Translations under genes and position numbers: made by a program | Source: Hyphochytrium catenoides | Lineage: Eukaryota > Protista > Hyphochytriomycota | Reading direction: 5' to 3' | Assembly: GCA_900088475.1 (NCBI GenBank) | Contig: FLMG01003788.1 | Span: 23,204 to 87,203, forward strand | DNA: 64,000 nt | Part shown: positions 46,315 through 58,770 of the stretch, in pieces | Layout: each line of letters starts with the position of its first letter | Position numbering within the stretch: position 1 is the first letter of the stretch | The notes under the pieces: generated by a model | Databases searched by the model: none | What the model saw: only the letters and a program-made list of their open reading frames with translations | Told to the model about the DNA's origin: nothing

Positions 46315-47346
46315 TGTGGGCAGCCAGTTGAAGTGCACTCCATTTCTGACCGAACACTTTGGGAACAACAATGTAAAACGTGAAACGGCCGCGTTATTTG
46401 TCATAAGTCATGCCATTTCCCCAAATAAGCTCACTATAATAAGATCTTCTCAGAAATAACGAATGCACTCACCCTTCCAATAACAGAGTAGAAAGTAGCA
46501 GAGAGAAGCGGTAGGCACAAAGGTGGCAGAGAGACAGTGATCAGCTGTACCGACCTGGACGAGAGAAGAAAGAGAAGAAGAACTTCCACTCTGTCTGTCT
46601 CTCTATGAGTTCCAGGAGAAGAGAGGCGCCGTAGGAAGTCTTTCTCTTGAGGCTTCAATCATTCGTTAGGCGGTCCCTTCTGCCTCCTATGTCGACCAGC
46701 AGTCTTCATGCCAAACTGCCTTCATCAGCAGCCTGCATCATCTTCAACTGCGTTAGCGTCAGTGCCTCCGAGGAAGTAGTCTTCCCATGAGCAGATCCTC
46801 TTAGTGACTTCCTAGTAGCAGGAAAGAAGACCGCAACGCAAGGGCTACGACGTGATGAACGGGGCGATAGAGAAGTGTGTAAGCCTCGTCCTCCTCCTCT
46901 TGGATATTCCTATTTGATTTGATAGGAAAGGTGAACATACATCAGACGCTTCTCCTCAAGTGCCCGAGCCGCCTCTGGTTGGTCTGTGTTACGAAGAGCC
47001 TCTCTCTCGTGGTGCTCTAAGTGGTCTAGAAGGGCAAGTATCTGCCAAGCTCCCTCACATGTCTCCGGCTCCCTCCGTGGTCCGAAGGTGGTGGTGGTCG
47101 TCGTGGTGGACCTGTAGGCCTGTCTGGACCTAGGACGACGTGAAGCAGCCATAACGTCATCGGAGGAGTTAAAGGTTGGAATATCACAAGGAATTAACGG
47201 CTCTTGAACCGAAGAGAAGCATTGACGAGGCCACAGACTTGTTTCCCAGCCGTGCCGGTCCGTCTGCGGTGGGATTTCAACCTCTCCCTTCACGTTTTTT
47301 TGATCCTTCCACCCGCTGTCTCTGGTGACGAGGAGCGAAGGGAGAT

Positions 47347-48750
47347 ATGAGAGGTGAAGGGGTCGGATCCTCTGGTCCGCCTCTGTTCCTTGATGCGAGT
47401 CCCATCACAAAGCTATGTCTGTCTCTTGTCTACCAGCTTCAGCAGCGGCCTCCTCTGGACGATATCTCTCGAAAGTTCCTTGCCAACACAAGGGCAGAGA
47501 TTGATGCTGCTCTCACTTCCACGACTGGCAGTCCTCCTCATCCGTCCCCTCCCGTTATTCCCATCGTCACGTCGAAGGCGCAGCATTCTCTTACCTCTGC
47601 CTTCAGCTCTAAGGTGGCTGCCGCTCCAGAGAATTCTCAAGACGGCTCTTTTTCTGCTCAGGGAAGGAAGACGAGAAAGCGTATCCTTTCTACCATAAAG
47701 ACGAGGAGGCAGAAGGTGAGAGTGATGACCGCAGTGCAGCCGTATGCAGAGCTGACAGTGCCAGAAAGCAATCTGACGGTGCTGGAGAAGCTCCTTGGAA
47801 AGATGTTTTTTGCTTGGTGGTGGAGGTTTAAGCGGATCGTTGGCAGTGGACCTCTCTCCTTCCTCCTCTTTTGCGTTGATGGGCTCCTCTTCTATGCTTA
47901 CACTCTCTTCGAGTTGTCGGACACGCTAAGGACGGCGGTAGTGTCGACCTTCGCTGGCATTGTTTGCTTTCTGTTTTTGAGGCAGTCGGCGTTTTGGAAC
48001 TTTGCCCTCCTCTGCAAGTCTCTCGCGACGTTTGAGGCCTTTTTCTTCCTCGTAGAGCTCTCTCTCTTCTCCATCGCTCTCTCCGGGGTCTTCTGCTTCA
48101 GTTATGGTGGCACCATGTTGGCTGTCAGTCTTACAATGGCTATATTCACAACGACGCTACCCTACGATAGCTTTCCCGTTGTTCTACGTAAGGGAATGCG
48201 GGCGTCCTTGGTGCTTAGTTGCTTCTTTACGGGCTCTTATATGGCGCTGATCTACCTCCGTCTCCCTCGACAAATGTGTGGCTATCGCTTTGACCTAACC
48301 CGAGGAGAGATGGAAGACGAATATAATCTTCCTGAGCGTAGCACTCTCTGTGGGACAAGGCCACGAATGAGTCTTTCTCTCGTTGATGTCTGCATCAATC
48401 GCGGCTTTACACTGTTGATGCTGATGTTAAGAGCAACCTACCTCGCCTTCAAACATCCCCAAGACTGCGTTCTTATCCGAAGCCGTATCAGGATCTCAGA
48501 GCTGCCTGTCCCGGACAATTATTCTGGGAGAAAAGACCCATCCAAGGTCGAAATGCTATCGTTGCCCTCTCTGGCTGCGTCGTCTTCTTCTTCTTCGTTA
48601 AGGAAGGTGAGGACGGAGAGAGCTCGAATGAGGTTGGAGAGTCTAAGTACCCAGGACCTGGCGACCGGCCGATCTTCAGACGAAGAAGAACGCAATTATA
48701 CCGAGCAAAGTACTATTAGGCACATGCCAAAGGGTACAACCGGAAGGTAA
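47347..48750 (+). CDS. Membrane-protein family copy 4 (467 aa)
   Basis: RAEIDAAL, RVMTAVQPYAEL, YDSFPVVLRKGMR, DVCINRGFTLLMLM, AFKHPQDCVLIRSR. Confidence 0.85.
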   Translation: MRGEGVGSSGPPLFLDASPITKLCLSLVYQLQQRPPLDDISRKFLANTRAEIDAALTSTTGSPPHPSPPVIPIVTSKAQHSLTSAFSSKVAAAPENSQDGSFSAQGRKTRKRILSTIKTRRQKVRVMTAVQPYAELTVPESNLTVLEKLLGKMFFAWWWRFKRIVGSGPLSFLLFCVDGLLFYAYTLFELSDTLRTAVVSTFAGIVCFLFLRQSAFWNFALLCKSLATFEAFFFLVELSLFSIALSGVFCFSYGGTMLAVSLTMAIFTTTLPYDSFPVVLRKGMRASLVLSCFFTGSYMALIYLRLPRQMCGYRFDLTRGEMEDEYNLPERSTLCGTRPRMSLSLVDVCINRGFTLLMLMLRATYLAFKHPQDCVLIRSRIRISELPVPDNYSGRKDPSKVEMLSLPSLAASSSSSSLRKVRTERARMRLESLSTQDLATGRSSDEEERNYTEQSTIRHMPKGTTGR

Positions 48751-50975
48751 CATTGTTCAGGCTAAAGCTTCTCTTCTTCTGCGGCCTATCGGGTATGGAA
48801 GAGCAGAGCGACTGGGAAGAACAAGCTTGCTAACTGCTTCTCTATGGAATTGAAAGGAGTCTTTGGGATCCGCTGGTTGAAAGAAGAAGATCGATGACTT
48901 GTCTGCTGCTGGGAGAGAAGATGAGCTAGTGGTCATCTGGACATGTAGGGACTTCATTTCTCGAATTGTCTCCTGTGCTGCTGATAGAGCTCCATGACCG
49001 CTGGTTGCCTAAGACCTCAGCCTTTGCTTCTGCGTGGCTGGGCTATCACCGAACGCCAGAGGATGTAACGCCTGAAAAGGCAGCTTTTTAATTTGTCTCT
49101 AATGGACAGAGTCCATACTCCCTCTGTGTATCATCTCTGGAGAGATCTTGAGACCGACGAGACCAAGAGGAGATGTTGATCGTGAGGCTCTATCGCAACT
49201 CCACGGAACGGAACAGATCGCAGGCGGGAAGTCACTAACAAGAAGTCTGAGTGGACAACCTCTGGTGATAGCCTGGCTTGCCGGAAGAAGAAATAGACTC
49301 ACTCAAAGCTGTTAATCTTGCATCTCCTCGTGCTCTTGCGTGTGCCCTAGCTTTCTCTTCCTCCGGCGCGCGCTCTTTGCTCTTGCATTTGTTGCATGTC
49401 ATAGTCACTCTACTATACTAACAGACGGTAAAAAATTAGCCAGTGGCAGCGGGTCAGATGAGCTCATTTGTCACTTGCTCTACTGCCCTGGTGCTTCGTG
49501 GGGCAATAGGACTCGGTGGTCCGAGGAAGTAAGCGCTAGAATGACAGGCAAGCATAGCACTTCCTTTCTAATTGTTGAGTTAAAGCCTTCGCATCAATGC
49601 TCTTTGGTCAAGAGAAGGCCGAGGCTTAACCAGAACCAGCCGCCATATGCATGTGTGGGCCCCGCTGCTACGAAAGTGACACATCTTGGAAGTATAAGAA
49701 GGCTCCAGCCTGATAGAGGATGGTCGGCGTAAGGGTCTGAGGATCTATGAAGCAAGACGGCAGCAGGTAGACTAACTCTCTCCTCACTCTTCTCCCTTCA
49801 AAGGCCTCCCTCCTTCTCTGTTCAACACTCAGAGAACGCAGGAAAGGAGGAGCAGAGAGAGAAGGGAGAAAAGAAGAGAGGATTCGCGTTTGCAGGTTTC
49901 CCTTGAGAAGAACAAAGACAAAGAGAAAGGGATTGAATGGGATATGGGCGACCAAGTAATAGAGGAAATAAGAGAAGACGGAGAGAGGAGAGTGCAAGGC
50001 GAGGAAGAGGAGCAAAGGAGGCATAAAGAGAGAGAGAGAGAGAAAATGGAGGCCACAGTAGTGAGCATTCTGTCCTCGGTCTTTTGTTCTCTCTGTGTAA
50101 AGAGAGAAGAGAAGGCGAAGAGACGCGGTCTACTCTCTTTCCAAGAGAGACGAAGAGAGAAGCTGGCAGAAGAGACAAGTTACTCTCTTGTCGAGCACGA
50201 GTCGTGAAGGGAGATGATGCTATGACAAAGGACAGCGGAGAGAAAAGAGAAGGAAAGGAAGGGGCTGATCGTCAGGACAGATTGAAAACTCGGCAGAGGT
50301 AGACGGAGACTCAGAAGCCTTTGATAGTCATATTTCTACGAGAGACAATGAAGAGAAGCCGGAGATCCCTTGTAGAAGAAAATGTGAGAGAGGCGGGGTA
50401 GTCCTTCTCATATGGTCGTAGAGAAGTAGCCTGTTGAAGTGAGAGAGGGAGGCACGGGAGAGAGAGACACAGAGAGAGGGAGAGAGATGGAACTGAAGAA
50501 AAACAATGACTTCTAGGAGTAAACAAGGCACTCGAACCCTTTAACTTGTACTGCTGAAAATATTTCACCTTGTCTTCCCGTCCACATATTTCGCCCTCTC
50601 TCTGTCGCCTCTCTCTCTTGCTCTCTCTGTCGAAGGCCGACGGCTTCCTCCTTCTTCTCCACAGAAGAAAATAGTGCTACCACCAGTGACAGGCTGACCC
50701 TGCCGTCCGTTGGCTAACACTTCTTGCTCTCATAACGTAAGCGGCTGTTTCTACGCCTGACCGAACCTCTTTCATTGCCACTCTCCCTCCTCCTGCAGCT
50801 ACTTTCTGATACGCTCCTTGGACCCTGGCGGACGATATATGACAGAAGAAGGACTATGGATACGAGGAGTGTACTATTGTCTATTTCGCTCTTTATAATG
50901 CGGGCCATAAGCACTCAATGAGGTGCAGAGGCCTCTATATCCCTTAGTACTTGAGAGGAAGGTAACCACCCAGCA

Positions 50976-51848
50976 CTAGGCTTTCAATCTGATAAAGGAG
51001 TCCGTTCGACTGTTGTTAGACGAGGTCATGACGAGGATGTCTACCGCTTGTAGCCCAACTTCCTCTATGCCAAATGGAGAAGCGGCCCTTACAGCCACGG
51101 CCTCATCCTGACATCTGGAGGCCTTGATCTGTGCGTACACTTGGAACGCAACGTCAAAACAGGTCATAGTGACGCCTACAACGAACAGATAGGTCATTGC
51201 AGGATACCAGCAGCCATAGCAACTGCCCTTGCACGATGAGATCACGTAGGCAGAGCACGTAGCGAATCCCACGAGCACACTGATGATCATTGTGAATCTT
51301 AAGGCGTCTCTCCTTGCGGGGCGTGCAAAAAATCGAAAGATCATGCAGCAATAGTTGATGATGGTGTGCAAGTACCAGATGACGAAACCTTGGTAGAGAA
51401 GGGCATCGCGAAGTCCTGCGCCCCACATGACCAGCCATGGAAGCAACAGCGCAAGGCCAAGAGCGTGATGATACTTGTAGAAGGTGCGAAAGCCAGAGCT
51501 AAGCTCATCCCACTTGGAGATCAGCAGCAGAAGATCATAGAAGTATTGACCCAGAAAGGAAGCACCAATGTACTGCTTAAAGACCATGAGATCAATGACT
51601 CCCACTGCTTCAAGAGTGAACATAATGAGCCATGAGAGCAAGAAAATCTCCCCCACAATGTAGAATATTTTCTCATACATCTGCTTATGGCCACGTAGGA
51701 GAGGCACCAGCAGACTGCTCAGCATGAGATCAACGCCAATGACCGCAAAGATATTGATCCAGTCTTCTAAGCGCGCTAAGTACTGACCGTGATCTGACAT
51801 GGCGGCATCGCCAGCCACCAGCCCACACATCGCGCCAGCTTCAGTCAT
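50976..51848 (-). CDS. Multi-pass membrane protein, probable TLC (TRAM/LAG1/CLN8)-like domain, 290 aa
   Basis: Intact non-repetitive ORF with ~7 hydrophobic segments; FLGQYFYDLL...YKYHHALG resembles the TLC YF.YD...HH pattern. Confidence 0.6.
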   Translation of the reverse strand: MTEAGAMCGLVAGDAAMSDHGQYLARLEDWINIFAVIGVDLMLSSLLVPLLRGHKQMYEKIFYIVGEIFLLSWLIMFTLEAVGVIDLMVFKQYIGASFLGQYFYDLLLLISKWDELSSGFRTFYKYHHALGLALLLPWLVMWGAGLRDALLYQGFVIWYLHTIINYCCMIFRFFARPARRDALRFTMIISVLVGFATCSAYVISSCKGSCYGCWYPAMTYLFVVGVTMTCFDVAFQVYAQIKASRCQDEAVAVRAASPFGIEEVGLQAVDILVMTSSNNSRTDSFIRLKA

Positions 51849-54800
51849 TTGGCTATTCCCTTTAAATTTGTCCTTGCTTTGGAAAGACTCGCGTGACTAA
51901 CTTATTGCCTTTCTCTAGGGACGGCCGATGCCAACACTGCAGCTCTACCAGCAGTAGGGAGTCGAGGTAGTGGTAGTGGTTTCTGGCTGAAGCTTCCTGA
52001 GCCTTTGACTTCCGGTAGGTGGAGCTGATCTGAAGGATGTGGTGCCCTTGCGTAGTAGACTGGGACTTCTGAAGTGAGCAGTTGTTGATTATAAAGTGAT
52101 CCTGCCCGAGCAGACATATAGACCTTGTTAGCCTCATCATCGTCACTGCCAGAGCGAAGATGACTGGCTGACAATGCGGGCGTCTTCCGACTGCCGGTGC
52201 TGCAATGTCTGGCGGACGAAGGGGGAGGAGGAGATTACCTTCACTGCTCAGTCCTCAGCATGTCCTCCCTCCCTCCCTCCTTCTGGTTCATTATGCTGCC
52301 CGCCGACTGAACAGCAGCTACCACGAGCCACACCTCTTTCCTGTCTTCACCTTTTCTGCAAAGCTGATGGGTAGTGATGAAGAAGAGCCCACAAGGTCCA
52401 GCTTGTAGCTGTATCTTCTTCCACCCAGTAGTAACTTATTATCCGGCTACTATCTCTTCTCTACCCTCCTCCCTTCTTCTTTATGCTGCTTGCTTTCCAA
52501 AGGGTGCTACCTCCTCCCTGCTGATGCCTCCTCTTGGGGGCACAAGTGGGAACCTATAATCATCATCACCATTTTGATGGAGGTGAACGGTGACAGTTAG
52601 TAGGTAATAATAAAGGGAAGAATAGCAGGAGCAGCAAGGGAAGAAGAAACGGAAGCGCAGCATCTGAGGCAGGAAAGTGCGGGCTTCCAGATCAGAAGAA
52701 CATGGCCGACCCTCGCCAGGCTGCACATCCTGCAGTGCTGCTGCTGCACCAGAACCCGAAACATTAGGAGGCCTGTCTACTACCCTCTCTCTGTCTCTCT
52801 CTGCCTCTCCCTCTCTCTGTCTCTCTCTGCCTCTCTGTCTCTCTCTCCCCTTTTCTCTCTCACAAGACAAAATGGCACCAAACGAGGAATAAAATGATAA
52901 AGTTCATCAAATAGGGAATAAAAAAAGAGAAATGACAACAGACAACTTGGCTCGCATTCAACACATTACACACATGATAGGCGAGCCTGACCACATTCTT
53001 TGGGCGGTGATCAGGACCTCTTTATTGGCCTTTATTCATAAACTGGATCTTACTAGGAATCATCCTTCAATAGCATTCCACACGGTAACAAACCGCCGAG
53101 AAACTGAAAGGGCCACCTGTCCTAAATGGTTATCAGCTCTTTTTACTCTATATAAAAATAGGTGTAAGTATATTATTGAAATAAACAACATACGAAAAGG
53201 CTCATGTGCGGTATCGTTATTCGTCCGTCGATGTAATATGCTGTTGCTTTCAATATTTAGTGAGTATGTTGTGCGGATCATAGACTTGATGACCGTCATC
53301 AGGCAATGGCGGGCCGCCCCCATTTCTTTTTTTTATCAGGATGGTATTTACCATCGGCTGTGTATACAGTAAAGGCCTTCATAAAACCAACAGTGCTGTA
53401 TAGCTGCCCCCGTCACTAGGAGGATAGGATGAATACTGAATACTGAATACTAATTAGGACACACTCTCCTCCATTCTTGCCCCCTCTTCCCTTTCTCTCT
53501 GCCCTTCACCTGCTGACTGCCTCCCTTCATTACTTGCAGGTATAGCAAGTAGTGCACAGCTGTCTAGCCGAAGGACTATTGCCTCACCAACACCCGCCAG
53601 GTGTCAAGGAGGGAGGAGCATTCCTGATGAGACGGGGAACCGGCAACAAGAGAAGGGGAATGAAGGAGAGGACAGCAGCAGCGGCGAGGACAACGACGGA
53701 AGGAAGAGCGAAGTCAGCACAACAAGTGTCTCTCGTTGGTTGTCCGTCAGGCTTATAAACATAGATAGATAAAGCCGGACAGAGGTACAGCAGCCCTGAT
53801 TAGTGCTTTTTTTTTAAAAAATAGGGAGTAGGATGTATTGGACCTTTAGGCTCTTTCAGGTATCAAATTCTCAGCAAAGCTTCGTTCTATGCCATTGCAG
53901 AGTGAGTAGTAGTATCCACCAAGAAAATATAATAGCATTGTTGTCACTCTAATAGCAAGGACAAGCCTGCCGAGAAAGGAGGAGGAGATGAAGCAGAAGT
54001 AGAAGAACCCTGTCGTTAGGATAACGACAACAAGAAGCGGGGTACATCAACTTCGCTGCTGAGCAACCCGCATAGTAAAAAAGTCCGATCCTAACTGTGC
54101 CTCTTCACTTCTGGCAGTGATTGCCATCTTTATCAGAGAACTTATGCCTTCCCGCTCTATAATATGCACTACTCTTACCGCTATTCATCAGGAAATACGA
54201 AGCGAAAAAGTGAAGCAAAGGAGAAGAAGAAGTCAGGTTGTGGACTGGCAAAACGCAGTACAGAGATAGAGAATAGAAAGGCAGCTTTTAATGTACGGAG
54301 ATCGATGACGGGTCTTGAAAAAGTGCTTTGACTGTACCTTGGCTGGCCAGGTCTCAGTACAGAAAAGCACCACGAAGCAGAGGAAGACCGCGGGAACGCG
54401 CATTAGGAACAAAAATGCCTGCTACGCAGAGTGTAAGGTGAGAATCTTCTGTGAGAGAGTCAGTCTACCTGGTCAGCAAAGATAGAAGCCGCGACATGCA
54501 AGAGAGATTGAATCAAGAGGCTATCCTAGACACATGCAAAGAGGAAGAGAGCAGGAAGAATTAAGAAAGAGAGTATCCTTCGTCAGAGCCATCCGTTGCC
54601 TGCTCTAGTCAGAGCCACCCGTCCTAAAGGTGCTTTCTTATAGGAGAGGTCACATCCCTTACAACCGGCCGATCAGCATCCAGCTCGCAGTCCGGGGATT
54701 CAGCTGTCAGAGGAAGTACACATATAACACACTACTATCACTGCTGTCCGACGGCATTTGCCCAACCGGTATGATGACTGCAGAGAAGCGCAAAATCTAT

Positions 54801-57321
54801 CGTCCTGGCAAAGACCCCATGGCGGCAAGAGCCTCGTTAGTCCAACTTGTTACCGGGTTGGGGTGCATGGCGTTGCTTGGCCTTCTACCTTGTTCTGCAG
54901 TTTGATCTAACGATGGCTGTGGCTAGTGTATGGCTTGACCTGCTGCTTGCTGGGTTGTTGACTCTTGCTCGGTGGGTATGCGCCTGTGCTCTGCGAGCTG
55001 CTCTATCGGAAAGTGGGTGCGCAGAGTCCACGCTGGGCCTCCTGTTTGGCTCCTTTTTGGTCTGCCGTTTGACCTACTACTGTTGTTTGCTCGGTGAGTT
55101 AGTAAATTGACGTTGTGTTGAAGGTGACAGAGTCTGGAATGTGGTCTCCATAGGGCTGGCAGCCCGTCACCGGACGTAGAAGTGGGCGCGACGTTACCGC
55201 GATTCATCAACCCGAAGCCTTGCTATACACTTGGCTATATGTGTCCGGCGCAGTCTCTTGCACCGCTCCACTAAACAGAGCTTTCAGATCAATTCTTTCA
55301 TAGTTCATAAGCCTTTGTGGTTTTAGCAGCGATGGGTGGCTAACCTGGCATCCTTCATTCCTTCGTTCCTGCTTTCGTTGAAGGTAGTGTGCGTCTCGAT
55401 AGCCCCAGTAGTTCTATACTTGCCACCCATAATTCCTTTCTCTTGGCAGGCAAGTCTCTCCCCTATCATCTTCCCGCCCTTCAAATTTCTCCGTCCCTGT
55501 CTCTCTGTCTCTGTGTCCGTCTCCCTTCTTCCCATTGGTTATGTATCACTTATCCCTTCTTCCTTCTCTCTTCTTCTCATAGACAAAATCTACTTAGTCA
55601 CCTATACTTCTGACGACAAGTCTTCAATCAGTCTAGTAACTCTTGTCTCTCTCTCGCCCTGCCCTATTATGTGTCTGCTAACTACTCCTAGGTAGCTGCC
55701 TTTCTTCTTGTTCTGTCTTCCGTTAATTGCTGGCTTCCTACAGCTAACTCCGCGAACTCTAACCTAGGGGCTCCTCGGGTTTCTCCGGTCTCCTTCTTCC
55801 TTCTCGACTTCATCTAATCCTTCTAAAGCACGTTCGGGTCTCATATATCTTTATTTGGCTACCTAGCACCCACCTTCTTCTCCTCCTTGATTCTGGCGAG
55901 TAAAAGTCCTTCTCTCTTTCTTTTATTGTTCACTATCACTCGTCATGCAATGTTCGTCTGAATATTAGTCTTACTTTGATGATTGCGAGAGAGTAGAAGG
56001 AAATGTGTGCTAAACCATGAACGAAGGGAAGGGAGCCAGGACTATAAAGCTACTCCATTCAGTAACTCTTCGCATGCAAGAGAGCAACGGCGGAAGAGCT
56101 GGACAATGATAGCCGCTAGTAGATCAATGATGGGGCACCAGACGTAACGACGGCCAGCTGACCTGGACGCAGCAGCATTTTTTTACGATCTCTGTCTTCT
56201 AAAAATTTTGCCGAAGCCGAATGATCTCTCTTCTTGATCCATAACTACGTTACTTGGTTAGCGCTCCTTGATGCCCTTTGTCCCAACTCTTATTTTGTCA
56301 TCTCCACTCTTCTTGCTGTGCCTGACTCCATGTCTTTAGATATAACCAAGAGTGACAAGCTGTGCAGCACTTGCTCTATCTTAGACTACTGCTCTTATTC
56401 CTTCTCATACCCACAGTTGTGATCTCCTATTCTCTTATCTACCGCCACACCGCAGGAAGGCGCGCTGCCTTTGACACTGCTCTGACCGCAAAGAAACGAA
56501 GCCGAGCTTAAAGTGTTATGGAAGAAGCAGGAGAGAAAAGAATGCGAAGTACCCATGCTCCAAACCTTTGGAGGACAGAAGACTACCGTTGGTGCGTTTG
56601 CTTGTCGGGGAAGGAGAGATGTTCCTCTCTTGCGTGAGCGAATATCGCCATCGTATCATGCACATTAGGTTCGATGCCCTGTCAATCTCAGGGCACGGGA
56701 GGTGAGCTCCTTTGAAGGTGAGGGTAGAAAGCAAATAGACACGCGTGTATTACTGAGAGATAAACTGGACTTGACGCAGACGCGGCACGACGAACCTCCA
56801 GGCTCCCCAAACAGATTGAGATGGAGTGGGGGCGGACAGGGCGGGTGCAGAAGCATAGAAAATCAGAAACGCGGTAGGAGCGACGAAGGAGACTGGACCA
56901 CCTCAAACTCCCTCTAAAGAAAACTAAGATTAAGGCGCATATAGCCAAAGCATAGAGGACGGACTCCACCAAGAAGAGTCACAACTCAAAGGCGCGTCAG
57001 GAATTGCAATAGTACGTGACAAGCGAGAAGGAAGCACTACGCAGAACGGTCCCGGATTATAATGCCCTAACAGTTGAAAACGTCCGCAAACATCAGGAGA
57101 GGTTTTAGAAAAGGAGTGGCATGTAAACTCTTCTCTTGCAAAGGCGTACTACTATGGAGCACTGTGGGTGCTCTCAAGTGCAATTATGACGGAGGGAAGG
57201 GTAAAGTAAAGAGAGGGGAGGCTATTCCAATGTTACGTGATCTGCAGATGATGCTGGATGCATGCAGACGGTAAATAATACCTACTGCGGCTTATATCAA
57301 AACGTCAGTCCGACAACGACG

Positions 57322-58194
57322 TCATTTTCCTCCCCCGGTCATTTCACTCTTTTTGCTCTCGGTTGTAAGGCCATCATGCCTCACTGTGGCAAAGGTTACA
57401 ATCTTGTTGCTGGTGTTGCTGGCGGGTGTAATAGGGATAGACTTATGCATGACAGCGGTAGATGAAACACCTCCAGTCCATATCAGCTCAATATACCGAT
57501 TTAGAGAAATGAAGGTGCGAACGTTCACCGCCCATGCAAAGTACCCGAATGCCACTCCAAGATCAGGGTTCAGGTAGGACAAAATCGTTGCTACCAGGAC
57601 CAATATACTGCTGACTATCATAAAGACAGCATGCTGAATGTTTGCTCTACCGCTGTGATCCTCCTTGTAGGCATGTGCGCGTTTGGACAAGTCGCCATAA
57701 ACGAGGGAATACATGAGGACGCCGTGCATCAATACCTCATTTGTGAGGAGTAGTATGTTGAAGGTAGGGAAAATGATATTTCTCGTCTCCGCGTCAATGA
57801 CCCCAAAGACGTTCAGAATAGTTGCTAGTCCTGCGATGCCGTAAGACCAGGAAAGCACCATAAAGATGCTCATGCGCTTCCGATGTGACGCTTTATAAAA
57901 AAGCGCGCGTGTCCGCAGCACAAATGCCAAATCTAGCGGTGTTGAAGCTAAAAAGTCCAAGATGCTGCCAATAACGATGGAAGCGTCTGTCAGCTCTGGG
58001 TGCGTTGGAGACACTGAAAAGAACACAAGCTGGCTAACCGGAAACCCTATGGTCCCAATAATAGAAGCCGCCAGTAGGCACGGGATAGGCTTTTTGATTG
58101 ACAACGTTCTCCACTTAATCGTATCGATCACGCTAGATGTGATGACCATGCTCCCGCAATATAGCATGGTAATGAGCGCAGCGGCGTCAGTCAT
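57322..58194 (-). CDS. Orphan seven-transmembrane (GPCR-like topology) protein, ~290 aa
   Basis: Intact ORF from ATG 58194 with seven hydrophobic segments, LRTRALF after segment 3 and a Ser/Thr-rich C-tail. Confidence 0.7.
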   Translation of the reverse strand: MTDAAALITMLYCGSMVITSSVIDTIKWRTLSIKKPIPCLLAASIIGTIGFPVSQLVFFSVSPTHPELTDASIVIGSILDFLASTPLDLAFVLRTRALFYKASHRKRMSIFMVLSWSYGIAGLATILNVFGVIDAETRNIIFPTFNILLLTNEVLMHGVLMYSLVYGDLSKRAHAYKEDHSGRANIQHAVFMIVSSILVLVATILSYLNPDLGVAFGYFAWAVNVRTFISLNRYIELIWTGGVSSTAVMHKSIPITPASNTSNKIVTFATVRHDGLTTESKKSEMTGGGK

Positions 58195-58650
58195 TGGACT
58201 CAGGGAGGGGGAGAGGAGATATGATAGCACAAACAGCTGACTTGTCCAGGACTTGTCTCACGTATTGGAGGAGTCTTGAGATGATGATCAGTGCGGTCAT
58301 AAGATTGTGTCAGTAAAAGATTGACCTGCTGATGAAGCCTATGGTTGAGTAAGGAAGCCGATTGCCGCCAGCCCGCAGTCGGCGGCGCCATAGGAACCAC
58401 AGAGACATAACAAACATCATACAAGCAAGCAACTTCCGGTCGGCTCTTTCTTCCTGAGCAACCGCCTTTGCGCCTTTGAGACTAGGAAGGTACCTGTGTA
58501 GGAAGCATTCCGCCGGAGGAGAGAGGACGGAGAGGTGAGGGGGAAAGAGATTGGCGCACTCCACAAAAAAGCCGTTTCATAATGGGCTAGGCTGGTCGTT
58601 GACTTGATAACTAGTTCGGGAATCACAACAGCATCAGAAGAGGTGATAAA

Positions 58651-58770
58651 TGACGGGTCTTTCAGATCACATACGGCTTAGATAACGTACAGCTGTACCA
58701 AGCTTGGAACTCTCATAGTAATTGATGACGGACCTTTCAGATCACATACATAATGTACCAAGCTTGGAAC
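58651..58770. repeat. Imperfect tandem duplication (tgacgg..ctttcagatcacatac...tgtaccaagcttggaac)
   Basis: Two copies read directly; the second has an internal deletion. Confidence 0.75.

Noticed and set aside
46910-47293. 127-aa minus-strand ORF with a helical-looking end
   Set aside because: Non-ATG start and no recognisable family; cannot be supported without expression data.
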